IMG/VR virus record: IMGVR_UViG_3300029653_000083
Location: 138,236-202,235 of that record
Source of the DNA: a virus
Taxonomy: Duplodnaviria > Heunggongvirae > Uroviricota > Caudoviricetes
Strand: one strand, 5' to 3'
DNA length: 64,000 bases
This document shows positions 27,901-37,205 of the stretch, piece after piece. A program made the position numbers and the translations under genes. Below the pieces are notes generated by a model. It did not search any database. It was not told the DNA's origin and was given only the letters and a program-made list of their open reading frames with translations. Position 1 is the first letter of the stretch. Each line of letters opens with the position of its first letter.

Positions 27901-30588
27901 CGTGAAGGATACACGTTCATGGGATGGCAGTATGAGGATTCCGACTGGAACTTCCTGAACACCGTCGCATCCAACATGACATTGACGGCGCAATGGAAGC
28001 GCAACGAGGTCAAGAAGTATACGGTCGCTTTCGACACTGCGGACGGCACCAGCATCGACCCGCAGACCATCAGGGATGGTGGCAAGGTTTCCAAGCCGGA
28101 TGACCCGACCCGTGAGGGCTACGAGTTCAAGGGATGGACTCTGAACGGCGTTGACTACGATTTCACCGCTCCAGTGAAAGCCGACCTTGTCCTGACAGCC
28201 GTATGGACTCCCGTCAAGCCGAAGACCTACACCATCACGTTCGACACCGATGGAGGAACCGTAGTCCCCTCCCAGACGGTGAAGGACAAGGGAACGGCGA
28301 CCGAACCTACCGCCCCAACCAAGACCGGTTACGAGTTCAAGGGTTGGCTGTTGGATGGGAAAACGTATGATTTCACCACGCCCGTCACCAAGGATGTGAC
28401 ATTGAAAGCCAAGTGGGAGAAGACGAAAGTCGAATCCTACACGGTGGCGTTCAATTCAGCGGAAGGAAGTGAGGTGGCGTCCCAAACGGTCGAACAAGGC
28501 AAGACCGCCGTCAAACCTGACGACCCGACCCGTGAAGGCTACACATTCCTCGGCTGGTATGCGGGAGACGCCGCATACGATTGGGATACTCCGGTCACAG
28601 GCAACCTCATTCTGACCGCACACTGGCAGAAGGACGAGCAACCCCAGCCGAAGACCTACACGGTCACGTTCGACTATCAGAACGGCAGTCCCTCCGATAC
28701 TCGAACAGTGTCCGAGGGGAACACCGTCTCCCCGCCGGAAAATCCGGTGCGAGACGGTTACGACTTCCAAGGATGGGTTGCTATCGACGGTTCCGAATTC
28801 GATTTCGAACAGCCGATTACCTCTGACACTCTGGTGAGCGCCAAGTGGAAGAAGCATGAAGACCCGAAGCCGGTCATGCACACCGTCACGTTCAACTCGA
28901 ACGGAGGCACGAGCATCGACCCGCAGACGGTTCAGGACGGGTTGACCGTCCGCCGTCCGGCAGACCCGGTGAAGAACGATTATGTGTTCGACGGATGGTA
29001 TCTTGACAACGACCAGTATGATTTCAACAAGCCAGTCACCGGTGACATCACGCTGACCGCAATCTACCATCGCAAACCGATACCACAGCCGAACACGTAC
29101 ACCGTGCGTTTCGACACCGGTGAGGGAAGCAAGGTTGACCCGCAGACCATCATTGAAGGCAAGACCGTCATCCGTCCGGCAGACCCGAGCATGGACGGTT
29201 ACGACTTCCAAGGATGGCTGTTGGACGGCAAGGATTATGATTGGAACACTCCAATCACCGGCGACATGACTCTGACCGCATCGTGGAAGAAGCATGAGGA
29301 GCCGAAGCCCGTCACCCATACGGTCAGCTTCTACACCGATGGCGGGAACACGGTCGCACAGCAGACCGTGAACGACGGTGAGACCGTCACGGTACCGGAT
29401 ACGCCAACCAAGAACGGATACACGTTCTCAGGGTGGACGCTGAACGGCGAACCATACGATTTCAACCTTCCCGTCACAGCCGACATCACCTTGAAGGCCA
29501 CATGGGTTGAAAACCAGAAGCCCCAGCCGAAACGCCACACGGTCACATTCGACACGACCGGAGGGTCTGAAATCGGCCAGCAGACCGTCGATGAGGGGGA
29601 GAAAGCCATCCAACCCGCAAACCCAACCCGTGAAGGATACGACTTCCAAGGCTGGTTGCTGAACGGACAAGCCTATGATTGGAACACTCCAATCACCGGC
29701 GACATCACCCTCACCGCATCGTGGACTGAGAAAGCCCCGACCCTATTCACGGTCGCGTTCAATACGGGCGGCGCTTCCAACATCCCATCTCAAAAAGTCA
29801 AGGAAGGTGATAAGGCCGCACGTCCGACCGACCCGAAGCGTACCGGATACACTTTCACCGGATGGCAGTTGAACGGCAAGGACTACGATTGGAACACTCC
29901 AATCACCACGGATATCATTCTGACCGCCACATGGCAGAAGAACGAAACTCCGAAACCGGTCTTCTACACCGTCAAATTCGACACCGGCAACGGTTCGAAG
30001 ATTGACCTGCAAACCATTCAACAGGGAGGAAAGGTCAAGAAGCCCGCAGACCCGACCCTGAACAGTTACAAGTTCATCGGATGGCAGTTGGATGGCAAGG
30101 ACTACGATTTCAACACTGCGGTATCCAAGGATATGACTTTGACCGCAGTGTGGGAAGCCAATACCCTGCCCCCGACCGTCAAGAAGCATACCGTGACAGT
30201 GACCTTGTATGACGGCAAGACCGAACGTTATGAGGTCAAGGATGGTGAGAAGCTGACACTTCCATCCAATCCAACCCGTGACGGATACGTGTTCGACGGT
30301 TTCATTGACAAGGACGGCAACGTCTACGACATGAGCAAGCCCGTGGTCAAAGACCTGACGTTGACCTGCGTGTGGAAGAAGGCCAACGGCGTCTCCTCCG
30401 ACAAGGACAAGGAGATTGCCGACGCATCCACCAATGGGACGGTTGGTAATGGCGAACAGAATTCTGGCTCCCAGAATCCTCTAGCCAGCACTGGCGCTCC
30501 AATCTACGGAATGGTCATCGCGGCCATCATCGCCGGACTCGGCGGCATTGGAATACTGCTCGCCCGGCTATGTAGCCGAAACGAGTAA
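24943..30588 (+). CDS. sortase-anchored InlB B-repeat (Listeria-Bacteroides repeat) protein
   Basis: Signal peptide, 7 N-terminal ~75-aa repeats, 17 TV.F..GG...PTREGY.F.GW...YDF.TPV...TLTA.W repeats, LASTG + TM. Confidence 0.92.
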   Translation: MRKPIALLAAGSMMLMPLLGATSVVLTPVSEAYAETADSTASDYPEGVTAYLDGTRLASFDPSGNGVYDATGQTVELSGVPDDWTVQWRSMVNGITNKDSIMYILSNGSTTYRYWFDGADGAVHTVEELHGMTITLNGQAVDGDITKGFTIHNVTASDMKGYENTPYGWVLDGDSEDDHYTYTAHPEDSDTPSVQYTFMYDDTRPHDSINSLRNLKAYLTVDGSAVKGFDYTLANTDTIAIPMNTDVRLEGVPDGWKVDYNNPSTGKLNRVYTLTGPCGDTFTYIFHPTSDYKGYYYIDQLQYVRAFADGELVDGFDYKGGAWSFPETTKNVEIANVPDDWNTQRTVNGNIITYVVSSPNNSVSVTYVFNIAKHQASLDELANVKAIVGGNYVSGFNPKQSGIYEYEDGQGIAIVNVPSGWTQTTTDGDGYKVYTLTSGDLSVSYRFNKHVKTYSVDELAKVSASTDDGVVQDFKPMESGTYTIGEHATVWITGVPDGWDTKSSDNDMTYTVTSPDGKIKVVYTFKHAKHQYSASELKNVTAKLPNGDYLNGFDPVSGGEFTVPMGTKNVTIGHIPNGWNLTKNNGLSYTLTSNDGEVSVSYKFHAKNGHTVVFDTDGGTTVESQTVEDGGTITPPDDYPSKTGYRFKGWYKDGVPYDFTQPVYDDAVITAKWTVNTYEVYFDAGASDDWYPMQTIAYGDKVVKPVDPTLDGYDFAGWLLDGKVYSFDTPVTADMTLTASWKTAQVKTHTVTFTGAGDDFIQTVADGSSATVPTVPSKKGYTFDGWYSGDSLYDFTTPVTDDLTVEAHWTKNTYTVSFDSNGGSDVDSQQVEYKDTVSQPDNPTLDGYTFQGWTLDGDPYDFNTPVTSSITLKALWSKNTPVAKKHTVTFDSSEGSKVDSQTVKEGDPVSKPDNPTREGYTFNGWLLGGDPYDFTTPVMQDLTLTASWTKNKSTYTVKFDLNGGDGNIADQKVKEGSTIDRPANPTREGYTFMGWQYEDSDWNFLNTVASNMTLTAQWKRNEVKKYTVAFDTADGTSIDPQTIRDGGKVSKPDDPTREGYEFKGWTLNGVDYDFTAPVKADLVLTAVWTPVKPKTYTITFDTDGGTVVPSQTVKDKGTATEPTAPTKTGYEFKGWLLDGKTYDFTTPVTKDVTLKAKWEKTKVESYTVAFNSAEGSEVASQTVEQGKTAVKPDDPTREGYTFLGWYAGDAAYDWDTPVTGNLILTAHWQKDEQPQPKTYTVTFDYQNGSPSDTRTVSEGNTVSPPENPVRDGYDFQGWVAIDGSEFDFEQPITSDTLVSAKWKKHEDPKPVMHTVTFNSNGGTSIDPQTVQDGLTVRRPADPVKNDYVFDGWYLDNDQYDFNKPVTGDITLTAIYHRKPIPQPNTYTVRFDTGEGSKVDPQTIIEGKTVIRPADPSMDGYDFQGWLLDGKDYDWNTPITGDMTLTASWKKHEEPKPVTHTVSFYTDGGNTVAQQTVNDGETVTVPDTPTKNGYTFSGWTLNGEPYDFNLPVTADITLKATWVENQKPQPKRHTVTFDTTGGSEIGQQTVDEGEKAIQPANPTREGYDFQGWLLNGQAYDWNTPITGDITLTASWTEKAPTLFTVAFNTGGASNIPSQKVKEGDKAARPTDPKRTGYTFTGWQLNGKDYDWNTPITTDIILTATWQKNETPKPVFYTVKFDTGNGSKIDLQTIQQGGKVKKPADPTLNSYKFIGWQLDGKDYDFNTAVSKDMTLTAVWEANTLPPTVKKHTVTVTLYDGKTERYEVKDGEKLTLPSNPTRDGYVFDGFIDKDGNVYDMSKPVVKDLTLTCVWKKANGVSSDKDKEIADASTNGTVGNGEQNSGSQNPLASTGAPIYGMVIAAIIAGLGGIGILLARLCSRNE

Positions 30589-30602
30589 CGCCTATATATA
30601 GC

Positions 30603-30639
30603 GAGGAAGCCTCCAGTCTTAAAAACTGGGGGCTTTCTC
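30603..30639 (+). terminator. hairpin terminator
   Basis: GAGGAAGCCTCCAGT/ACTGGGGGCTTTCTC stem. Confidence 0.65.
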
Positions 30640-30763
30640 GGTTAAGGGTGTGTATGATTGTTTTGTTATTTTTTCTTTAGAAAGTTTTACTGTGTCTATC
30701 AATTCCCCGAAATGCCATGAACAGAATCAAGAAGACAACCGACATGTGACATACTCGGAGAGT

Positions 30764-30874
30764 ATGTCTAATAGCGTCAACGTCGAAGCACGACGTGAGG
30801 CTTTGGAAGGGAAGTACATCTTCTCTTCTTCGTCTGTTGACGAACTGATGAGGTTTCTTGATAAAGATGATTAA
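30764..30874 (+). CDS. 36-aa ORF resembling the C-terminus of RelB/DinJ-type antitoxins (remnant?)
   Basis: GGAG RBS; EARREALEGK...SVDELMRFL. Confidence 0.3.
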   Translation: MSNSVNVEARREALEGKYIFSSSSVDELMRFLDKDD

Positions 30875-30937
30875 TTACGATTCCATTGGGGGTAGGGGCC
30901 TTCTCTTTCGTGTTTTCTGTCAAATCACGCCAATATC

Positions 30938-30959
30938 TGCTATACTGGGATAGTTCACA
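30938..30959 (+). promoter_or_regulatory. conserved promoter/operator motif copy 6 (TGCTATACTGGGATAGTTCACA)
   Basis: Motif match upstream of ssb. Confidence 0.8.
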
Positions 30960-30981
30960 AATTCAATGGAAGGTTTAACAC

Positions 30982-31551
30982 ATGCCAACCCCAAGCACAA
31001 CCCTCGAAGGCCGACTCACCGACGACCCGCAACGCAACCAGCGCAACCCCAATCTGGTTGAATTCTCCATTGCGGAAGGCACTCGCTATCAGGATAAGAA
31101 GACCGGCGAGTGGAAAGACGGGCAGACGCTTTTCGCACGATGCAAAGTGTGGGATACCACGCTCGGCAACAACATCATGAACACACTCCGTAAAGGCATG
31201 GACGTGGTGGCGTTGGCCGACGTGAAGCAGAACAGTTGGACTGACCAGCAGACCGGACAGAAGCGTTCGATGGTGGAATTCACAGTCACCAACATCGGTG
31301 TCGGACTCCGTCACGCGACCGCGCAGGTCATGCCGAATCCGAAACGCAACGGCGGATACGACGGCGGCAACCGTACCAACACCCAGCAGAACAATGGTCA
31401 GATGTTCCAAAATCCGAACAATCCGCCAGTGTTCCAAAATCCGAACAATTATGGTGCCGACAATTTCCAGCCAGCCGCATCCGACGACCCGTGGGGTGCT
31501 CCGATGGGCAATCCGGCACCGGTGTCGCAGAACGACGAGCCGGAATTCTAG
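30982..31551 (+). CDS. ssb: single-stranded DNA-binding protein
   Basis: GRLTDDP OB-fold, actinobacterial IGVGLRHATA, DDPW and acidic DEPEF tail. Confidence 0.95.
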   Translation: MPTPSTTLEGRLTDDPQRNQRNPNLVEFSIAEGTRYQDKKTGEWKDGQTLFARCKVWDTTLGNNIMNTLRKGMDVVALADVKQNSWTDQQTGQKRSMVEFTVTNIGVGLRHATAQVMPNPKRNGGYDGGNRTNTQQNNGQMFQNPNNPPVFQNPNNYGADNFQPAASDDPWGAPMGNPAPVSQNDEPEF

Positions 31552-31559
31552 TCTCTAAA

Positions 31560-31603
31560 AGCGCGGGGTCATGCGTTTTAAGCATAGACCCCGCGTTCTT
31601 TTT
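31560..31603 (+). terminator. intrinsic terminator
   Basis: GCGCGGGGTC/GACCCCGCGT stem + T tract. Confidence 0.75.
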
Positions 31604-31628
31604 GGTTTAATCAGAAGGGGATAAAATA

Positions 31629-33026
31629 ATGGTCAAACCCGGTCGCAAACCCATGGATGTTGCCGGTCAACGTTTCGGGAAACTCACGGTGGAAAAGTAT
31701 GTTCCCAATACTAAAAAAGGTTCCTATTGGTTATGTTCTTGCGATTGCGGCAATAACGTCGTCGTATCTTTAGGTAATCTGAAAAAAGGCAATACAAAAA
31801 GCTGTGGGTGTCTTTCTAAAAAAGGAAAACCTTACGGGGAACGGCCACGGGGAAAACGTAACGAGCTTTCGTCCACTTCTAAGGGGAGACGCCGGAGAGC
31901 AGATGAGTTGTGCGGAAAACAATTCGGACGTTTGACCGTATTAAGTTTTCAAGGTGTCAATAAGAACCATCACTCCGTCTACTTATGCCGGTGCTCTTGC
32001 GGGAAAACAGTCTCAGTAGTTAGAAATGCCCTAACTACGGGGAACACTAGAAGTTGCGGGTGTTTTGAAGTTCAAAGGACTCGGGAAACCCGACTTAAAC
32101 ATGGTGACGCTTCTGAAAATTCTCCGTATGTTAAGCTTTTTCACTCGTGGAAACTGATGCTTGACCGTTGTAGCAATCCCCGTAACGTTTCTTATTCTCA
32201 TTACGGGAAAAGAGGTGTTCAGGTCTGCGATGAATGGAAGGAATGGGGAATCTTCAAAAAATGGGCTATTGACAATGGGTGGAAAGCGAACGCTGGATTA
32301 TCCCTCGACAGAATAGATGTTGACGGAAACTATGAACCGGATAATTGCAGGTGGACGGATGCCAAGACGCAGTCTAATAATAAAAGGAAAAGCATACGAG
32401 TCGTATATGGTGACAAACGTATTTCATTGTATGATTGGGCGAGAATAAAGGGAATTTCTTTAGAAGAAGCAAAAGGAATGTTCTCCTCAAATATATTGGA
32501 GAACCCACCTCAACTATTAGAAGAAAAGGACGACAACGTGGAAAAGAAAAAAATCACAAAGATTTCCGACGGAATGAAAATCGGGTATTTAACCGTACTT
32601 CGACCCAATGGGAAAGACAGGTACGGTCATGTCGTCTATCTTTGTCGTTGCGTGTGTGGCAGGGAGAAAAATGTTCTGGTTTCCAATCTAAGGAATGGTA
32701 GTGTCAAAAGCTGTGGGTGCATGAGAAAACAGCTCATATCCAAAGCTAGGACAAAACACGGGGATAGTATTAAAAGCTCTCCATATTATCGGTTGTATAG
32801 GGTTTGGGACGATATGATTCACCAGCGTCGGATTGAATCTTATGAGGAACGGGAACTTATTCCCGTTTGCAAAGACTGGTCTGTATGGGCGTCTTTTAAG
32901 GAATGGTCTTTAGCCAATGGGTATTCGAAGGATAAAAAGTTAACGAGAATTTCATATCGTAAAGGCTACGAACCGGATAATTGCGTTTGGCGTTCTGAGG
33001 GTGAGTATGTTTTGCATAAGTTTTAA
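31629..33026 (+). CDS. phage-type HNH homing endonuclease with repeated Cys-rich domains
   Basis: Three G.LTV...C.C.CG...SCGC repeats; YG.RG..VC.EW...SLDRIDVDGNYEPDNCRW; low GC. Confidence 0.8.
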   Translation: MVKPGRKPMDVAGQRFGKLTVEKYVPNTKKGSYWLCSCDCGNNVVVSLGNLKKGNTKSCGCLSKKGKPYGERPRGKRNELSSTSKGRRRRADELCGKQFGRLTVLSFQGVNKNHHSVYLCRCSCGKTVSVVRNALTTGNTRSCGCFEVQRTRETRLKHGDASENSPYVKLFHSWKLMLDRCSNPRNVSYSHYGKRGVQVCDEWKEWGIFKKWAIDNGWKANAGLSLDRIDVDGNYEPDNCRWTDAKTQSNNKRKSIRVVYGDKRISLYDWARIKGISLEEAKGMFSSNILENPPQLLEEKDDNVEKKKITKISDGMKIGYLTVLRPNGKDRYGHVVYLCRCVCGREKNVLVSNLRNGSVKSCGCMRKQLISKARTKHGDSIKSSPYYRLYRVWDDMIHQRRIESYEERELIPVCKDWSVWASFKEWSLANGYSKDKKLTRISYRKGYEPDNCVWRSEGEYVLHKF

Positions 33027-33252
33027 TCAAAGATTGGAAACATTTTATGTATGGTTCTTTAGTTGACGCCGATAGCAGCGATTATGTCAGAAAAGAAATA
33101 TGGGCAGTCCCCGTCCATAAAAAATCCAAGCAGATAAGAGGATACTAAATGCGCGTGCAACATTACAATCCAAATCCCGTCCCCCAACCGAAAAACGCTT
33201 ACGAATGGCGCGTTTTCCTGTTCAGCCACTTGGATAAGCCAGTACCATTGAA

Positions 33253-33612
33253 TTGGAACAGCAACTCCCAACATCAAAGGAAAAACAAGTGGCGTCGATA
33301 AAAGTATTCATGGGAAACACGATATATCCGGTAGAAATATCTAAAGGCCAGCATATAAGCTTCTACTATCTTCCAGCCGGTGAGCATACCGCGCCCGGAC
33401 GTGAGGAACAGGTTCAGAAAGCCACTTTGGAGAATGAGTCCGGCAGAACCATCAAGACTTGGGAGGCTGTCGGCGGCTTGTTTAAGAACAAGATTGTGAC
33501 CAAGCATGCTCCTCTACTTCGCCGTATGATGGGTGCTTCGGACACCTACCAGTTCGACAAGTGCATTGGTGGCCCTCAGTTTTTCTCCGCGCAGGAAGAA
33601 GCGGAGTGTTAA
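33253..33612 (+). CDS. hypothetical protein
   Basis: 119-aa ORF; start uncertain. Confidence 0.5.
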   Translation: MEQQLPTSKEKQVASIKVFMGNTIYPVEISKGQHISFYYLPAGEHTAPGREEQVQKATLENESGRTIKTWEAVGGLFKNKIVTKHAPLLRRMMGASDTYQFDKCIGGPQFFSAQEEAEC

Positions 33613-33613
33613 A

Positions 33614-34384
33614 TTGGGTTCACCTGCACATAAAGCGGCTCCAACTAGAGTCATGCAACGTCGGCGTAGACTATTCCAGCGTCGTATCGCGGTTTGTTTG
33701 TTGGCTGGAATGTTCGCCGCCGCCGGTACGTCTATGCTTGTGTTGAAGCCAACTCCCAGCGCTTACGCTGAGGCTAAGCCGTTTGATACGAGTACCGCTA
33801 CTACTCGAAGCACGTTGACTGAAACCAGTGCGGCATCCCGTAGCGCGTCCCGTGAAGAGTTGAAGGATTATAAGGCCACAAGCAATGATGGAAGTTGGAG
33901 CATGTCCGATTCCGATGGTGTGACCGGCAAACTGACTGCTATCAGTGCGGATAATCCGGTGGTTAAATCGTTGATTAACGGTCGTGACGAGGGTCAGACT
34001 CCTGACGGTTTCAATCCGAATCATGCGACCGGTGACACGGGCAATGCCTACGAGTTTTCGCAATGCACTTGGTGGGCTTACGTGCGCCGTCACCAGTTGG
34101 GATTGCCCGCTGGCTCCCACATGGGCAATGGTGCCGACTGGGCGAACACGGCCCGTAAACTCGGATATTGGGTTGACAACACTCCCCGTGTCGGTGATGT
34201 GATTTGCTTCCAACGTGGACAATACGATTCAGACCCCACGTATGGTCATGTGGGGATTGTCGAAAACGTTGGCGCGGATGGTTCAATCACCACGTCCGAA
34301 TGCGGTAGCGCATACAATGGCAAACCGTTCAGCCGCACTTTCACTGCGGAACAGGCGTCCCAACTGCAATTCATCCACTACTGA
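33614..34384 (+). CDS. CHAP-domain peptidoglycan amidase
   Basis: N-terminal TM; SQCTWWAY, MGNGADW, YGHVGIVE. Confidence 0.9.
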   Translation: MGSPAHKAAPTRVMQRRRRLFQRRIAVCLLAGMFAAAGTSMLVLKPTPSAYAEAKPFDTSTATTRSTLTETSAASRSASREELKDYKATSNDGSWSMSDSDGVTGKLTAISADNPVVKSLINGRDEGQTPDGFNPNHATGDTGNAYEFSQCTWWAYVRRHQLGLPAGSHMGNGADWANTARKLGYWVDNTPRVGDVICFQRGQYDSDPTYGHVGIVENVGADGSITTSECGSAYNGKPFSRTFTAEQASQLQFIHY

Positions 34385-34401
34385 CCGGAAAGAACACAAG
34401 A

Positions 34402-34593
34402 ATGGTGAAACCGCTTTCAAACCGCTCGCGCCGAAGCATTATGACTCCCCAAGGCGCGATAACAGGCCATGAGTTTGACGAGTTCGTGAAAGCCAGAGGT
34501 GGCACACCCTACCGGCTCGACACCGGCGGGGATGGAATCTTCGACCCATTCCAAGAAGACGGAAAGAACAGCAAAAGCCCATCGAAGAAATGA
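34402..34593 (+). CDS. small hypothetical protein
   Basis: 63-aa ORF in operon context. Confidence 0.5.
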   Translation: MVKPLSNRSRRSIMTPQGAITGHEFDEFVKARGGTPYRLDTGGDGIFDPFQEDGKNSKSPSKK

Positions 34594-34625
34594 TTTGCGG
34601 CACAGAAAGCCGCCAGAAAGGAAAG

Positions 34626-35531
34626 ATGCAAACCATGTTGGATAAGAAAACAGCGCAGGAGATAAGCGAACTGTGCGTTGAGAAAATCGATTGGACGATA
34701 GTCGGCATTGAAGGTGGCACCGTAACCATCTTCACCGGCAAGGACAGGTATTACGCGTCCTACGGTACCGAAGGTAGTGACCCCATCACGGAGACGAGCA
34801 AGTCAAAGGAACCCGGCAACGCGAGGTGGTTTGAACGGGACGGAACCGTGTCCTCCGACCATCCGGTAATCTGCACGGTGAGCGTGCATGACGGGAAGGC
34901 TGAGACGGACGTTCGTCACATGCCGCCCATGTTCGATGAGGAAGCCTACGAAGCTGTTGCCAATATGGAACTTGATAGGAAATTCGTCCACGATGAAAGT
35001 GGAGAGGATTATTGGCCGGATTGGCCGAAGGACACCATCAAGGCATGGCAACAGTTCCGGGATGAGATTGAAGACATTCCGGAAGACTACAAATACGTTC
35101 TATTTGAGGTCGAGCCGAGCACGCAGAAACTTCTGTTCGCCTTGTCGGAAATCACCGGAATACACTATCTGTCTGAAATTCCACTCACCATCAAAGTACT
35201 GCCCGAGGATGCGAAACAAGTCCGATTCAGCATTCCCGAAAGCGAAGCGAAAATGTGGTGGGATGTTCGCGCCCGCAGTTGGGATAGCCGTTTCATCATA
35301 TGTACCCACCAGTGGCCGTTCCACAAGAAAGGACAATTGATGTACACCATCATCGACCGGAAGCGTAACGTTCGCGGCGCATGCACCTATCTGGGTGGCG
35401 GGGCGAGCAAGGACGGCACGTATACGGACGCGGAATGCGCGGAACTCATCAGCCGACTATCCGACCCGAAGGACGAAACCCAAGTCAGCTACCGCAACTA
35501 CGTGCCCTTGCGACTCGTGGAATACCGGTAG
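34626..35531 (+). CDS. hypothetical protein
   Basis: AAGGA RBS, about 301 aa. Confidence 0.7.
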   Translation: MQTMLDKKTAQEISELCVEKIDWTIVGIEGGTVTIFTGKDRYYASYGTEGSDPITETSKSKEPGNARWFERDGTVSSDHPVICTVSVHDGKAETDVRHMPPMFDEEAYEAVANMELDRKFVHDESGEDYWPDWPKDTIKAWQQFRDEIEDIPEDYKYVLFEVEPSTQKLLFALSEITGIHYLSEIPLTIKVLPEDAKQVRFSIPESEAKMWWDVRARSWDSRFIICTHQWPFHKKGQLMYTIIDRKRNVRGACTYLGGGASKDGTYTDAECAELISRLSDPKDETQVSYRNYVPLRLVEYR

Positions 35532-35554
35532 AAATTAAAAGAAAGGAGCCGAAT

Positions 35555-35704
35555 ATGGGAACCGACATCACCGTAACCCAATTGGGCAGTCCCGCCGACC
35601 CCACCTATCTCGTCCGCCGTGGCGACGAATTCTGGAGCGAATGGCATTTAAGCCGTTCCGAAGCCCAACGATTGGCCTCTGAGCTAAGGAGCATGGGACT
35701 TTGA
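35555..35704 (+). CDS. small hypothetical protein
   Basis: AAGGAG RBS, 49 aa, stop overlaps the next start. Confidence 0.6.
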   Translation: MGTDITVTQLGSPADPTYLVRRGDEFWSEWHLSRSEAQRLASELRSMGL

Positions 35705-36456
35705 AGTTGAGCAATAGGAACAGCATTCACTCCCTCATGCTCGTACTTTCACTGTGCGCGGACTGTCTGATGGCATTGCCCGCCACTGCGATGGCATACC
35801 CTCCATCAAACAACACCGTATACTCCGTGCGTTCATTCCCCGCTACCACGACCACGCGCCGAGACCTGACTCGCGAAAGCGTCAGCACCGACGTGCAGTC
35901 GGACAGCGATTGGGGTGGTATCGAAAACCTAATTGTCCCGCAGACGAAATCCCAAGCCGAGAAAGACGCCGAAGCGAAAGCCCAACAGGAAGAGGAGACC
36001 CGCAAACAGGCACAGGAACAGGCGGTACGACAAGCCCAAACGCGAGCCGCCCAAAAGGAAGAAGCAAATAGAAGCGCGGAACGAACCGCCATCACTCCCC
36101 CAGCATCCAAAACCGGACAAGCCGTGGCAGAATATGCGATGCAGTTCAGCGGATACCCATACGTGTACGGCGGCAACCAGCCATCAGGCTGGGATTGTTC
36201 CGGATTCGTCCAATATGTGTTCGCGCAATTCGGTGTCAGTCTCCCCCACCAGTCAGGCAGTCAAATGAGCGTCGGTTCGCCCGTGGCATCATTGGCAGAA
36301 GCCCAACCGGGCGATATTCTCGCCAACGGTTCGCACGCCGCCATCTACATCGGCAACGGCATGGTCATGAACGCCATGAGTCCAAGCCAAGGCACTGGAG
36401 TCGCACCGGTCAGCATGGTCATGTACGGCGGGTACGCAATCAGACGAATCGTCTGA
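35701..36456 (+). CDS. NlpC/P60 cell-wall endopeptidase
   Basis: PYVYGG...GWDCSGFVQYV...HAAIYIG. Confidence 0.92.
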   Translation: MKLSNRNSIHSLMLVLSLCADCLMALPATAMAYPPSNNTVYSVRSFPATTTTRRDLTRESVSTDVQSDSDWGGIENLIVPQTKSQAEKDAEAKAQQEEETRKQAQEQAVRQAQTRAAQKEEANRSAERTAITPPASKTGQAVAEYAMQFSGYPYVYGGNQPSGWDCSGFVQYVFAQFGVSLPHQSGSQMSVGSPVASLAEAQPGDILANGSHAAIYIGNGMVMNAMSPSQGTGVAPVSMVMYGGYAIRRIV

Positions 36457-36558
36457 AAAATTCCTCCCTATCATATTTTTTTGGTTTCCTATTGTTCCGA
36501 CGAAAGAATACCTTAAGCTGGAAAACAAAAACCCTCCAAAAATGAAAGGCTTTCCGAC

Positions 36559-37005
36559 ATGAGCGACCCTAATTTCCCTCCACAGCAGTACCCAAATCCC
36601 AGTCAGAGCCAGCGGGCACAATACGACCAGCCGCGACAGCAGGTCTACCAACAGCCGCAGTATACGCAACCGCAAGCTAACCCATATGCGACCGGCCAAC
36701 AGTATGCTCAGACCCCTCAATACGGTCAACCCCAATATCAGCAACCGCAGTATGCACAATACCAGTATGGTCAGCAACCGTATGTGAATCCGCAACCTGC
36801 CGACACGGGGTCGTTCGGATGGGCGGTATTGGGGTTCTTCTTCCCTATCGTCGGACTCATCCTATTCCTCATTTGGAAGACGGAGAAGCCGGTGAGTGCG
36901 AAACAGGCCGGAATGGGAGCGCTCGTATCGGTCATCGTCAGCGTGGTTTTGTGGCTTATTGTCTTCATGTTCGCTCTCGCGACTGGAAGCGCCGCAGTCT
37001 ATTAA
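36559..37005 (+). CDS. Q/P/Y-rich membrane protein
   Basis: Low-complexity N-terminus; GWAVLGFFFPIVGLILFL TM pair. Confidence 0.8.
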   Translation: MSDPNFPPQQYPNPSQSQRAQYDQPRQQVYQQPQYTQPQANPYATGQQYAQTPQYGQPQYQQPQYAQYQYGQQPYVNPQPADTGSFGWAVLGFFFPIVGLILFLIWKTEKPVSAKQAGMGALVSVIVSVVLWLIVFMFALATGSAAVY

Positions 37006-37006
37006 C

Positions 37007-37063
37007 TTTTTATGAGCTTTTAGCCCACCTGTGTTTATCAGGTGGGCTAAAAGCTCATAAAAA
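37007..37063. repeat. perfect 25-bp inverted repeat with a 7-nt loop
   Basis: TTTTTATGAGCTTTTAGCCCACCTG / CAGGTGGGCTAAAAGCTCATAAAAA. Confidence 0.9.
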
Positions 37064-37205
37064 CCTCTTTTCAGAAGAAATCAACCTTATACTCCCCTAA
37101 GATGAGGTTGTAATACTAAAAAAGATTGTTCTCCATATATTGGAGAACCACTTAAAAAGAGAAGACGCGACCCTCCTCTATCTCAACGCAAGGAGCGAAA
37201 CAAAA

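Noticed and set aside
26760..30380. Periodic DNA repeats that could suggest a CRISPR array
   Set aside because: They are coding InlB B-repeats (~210 bp), not identical short repeats with unique spacers; no cas genes
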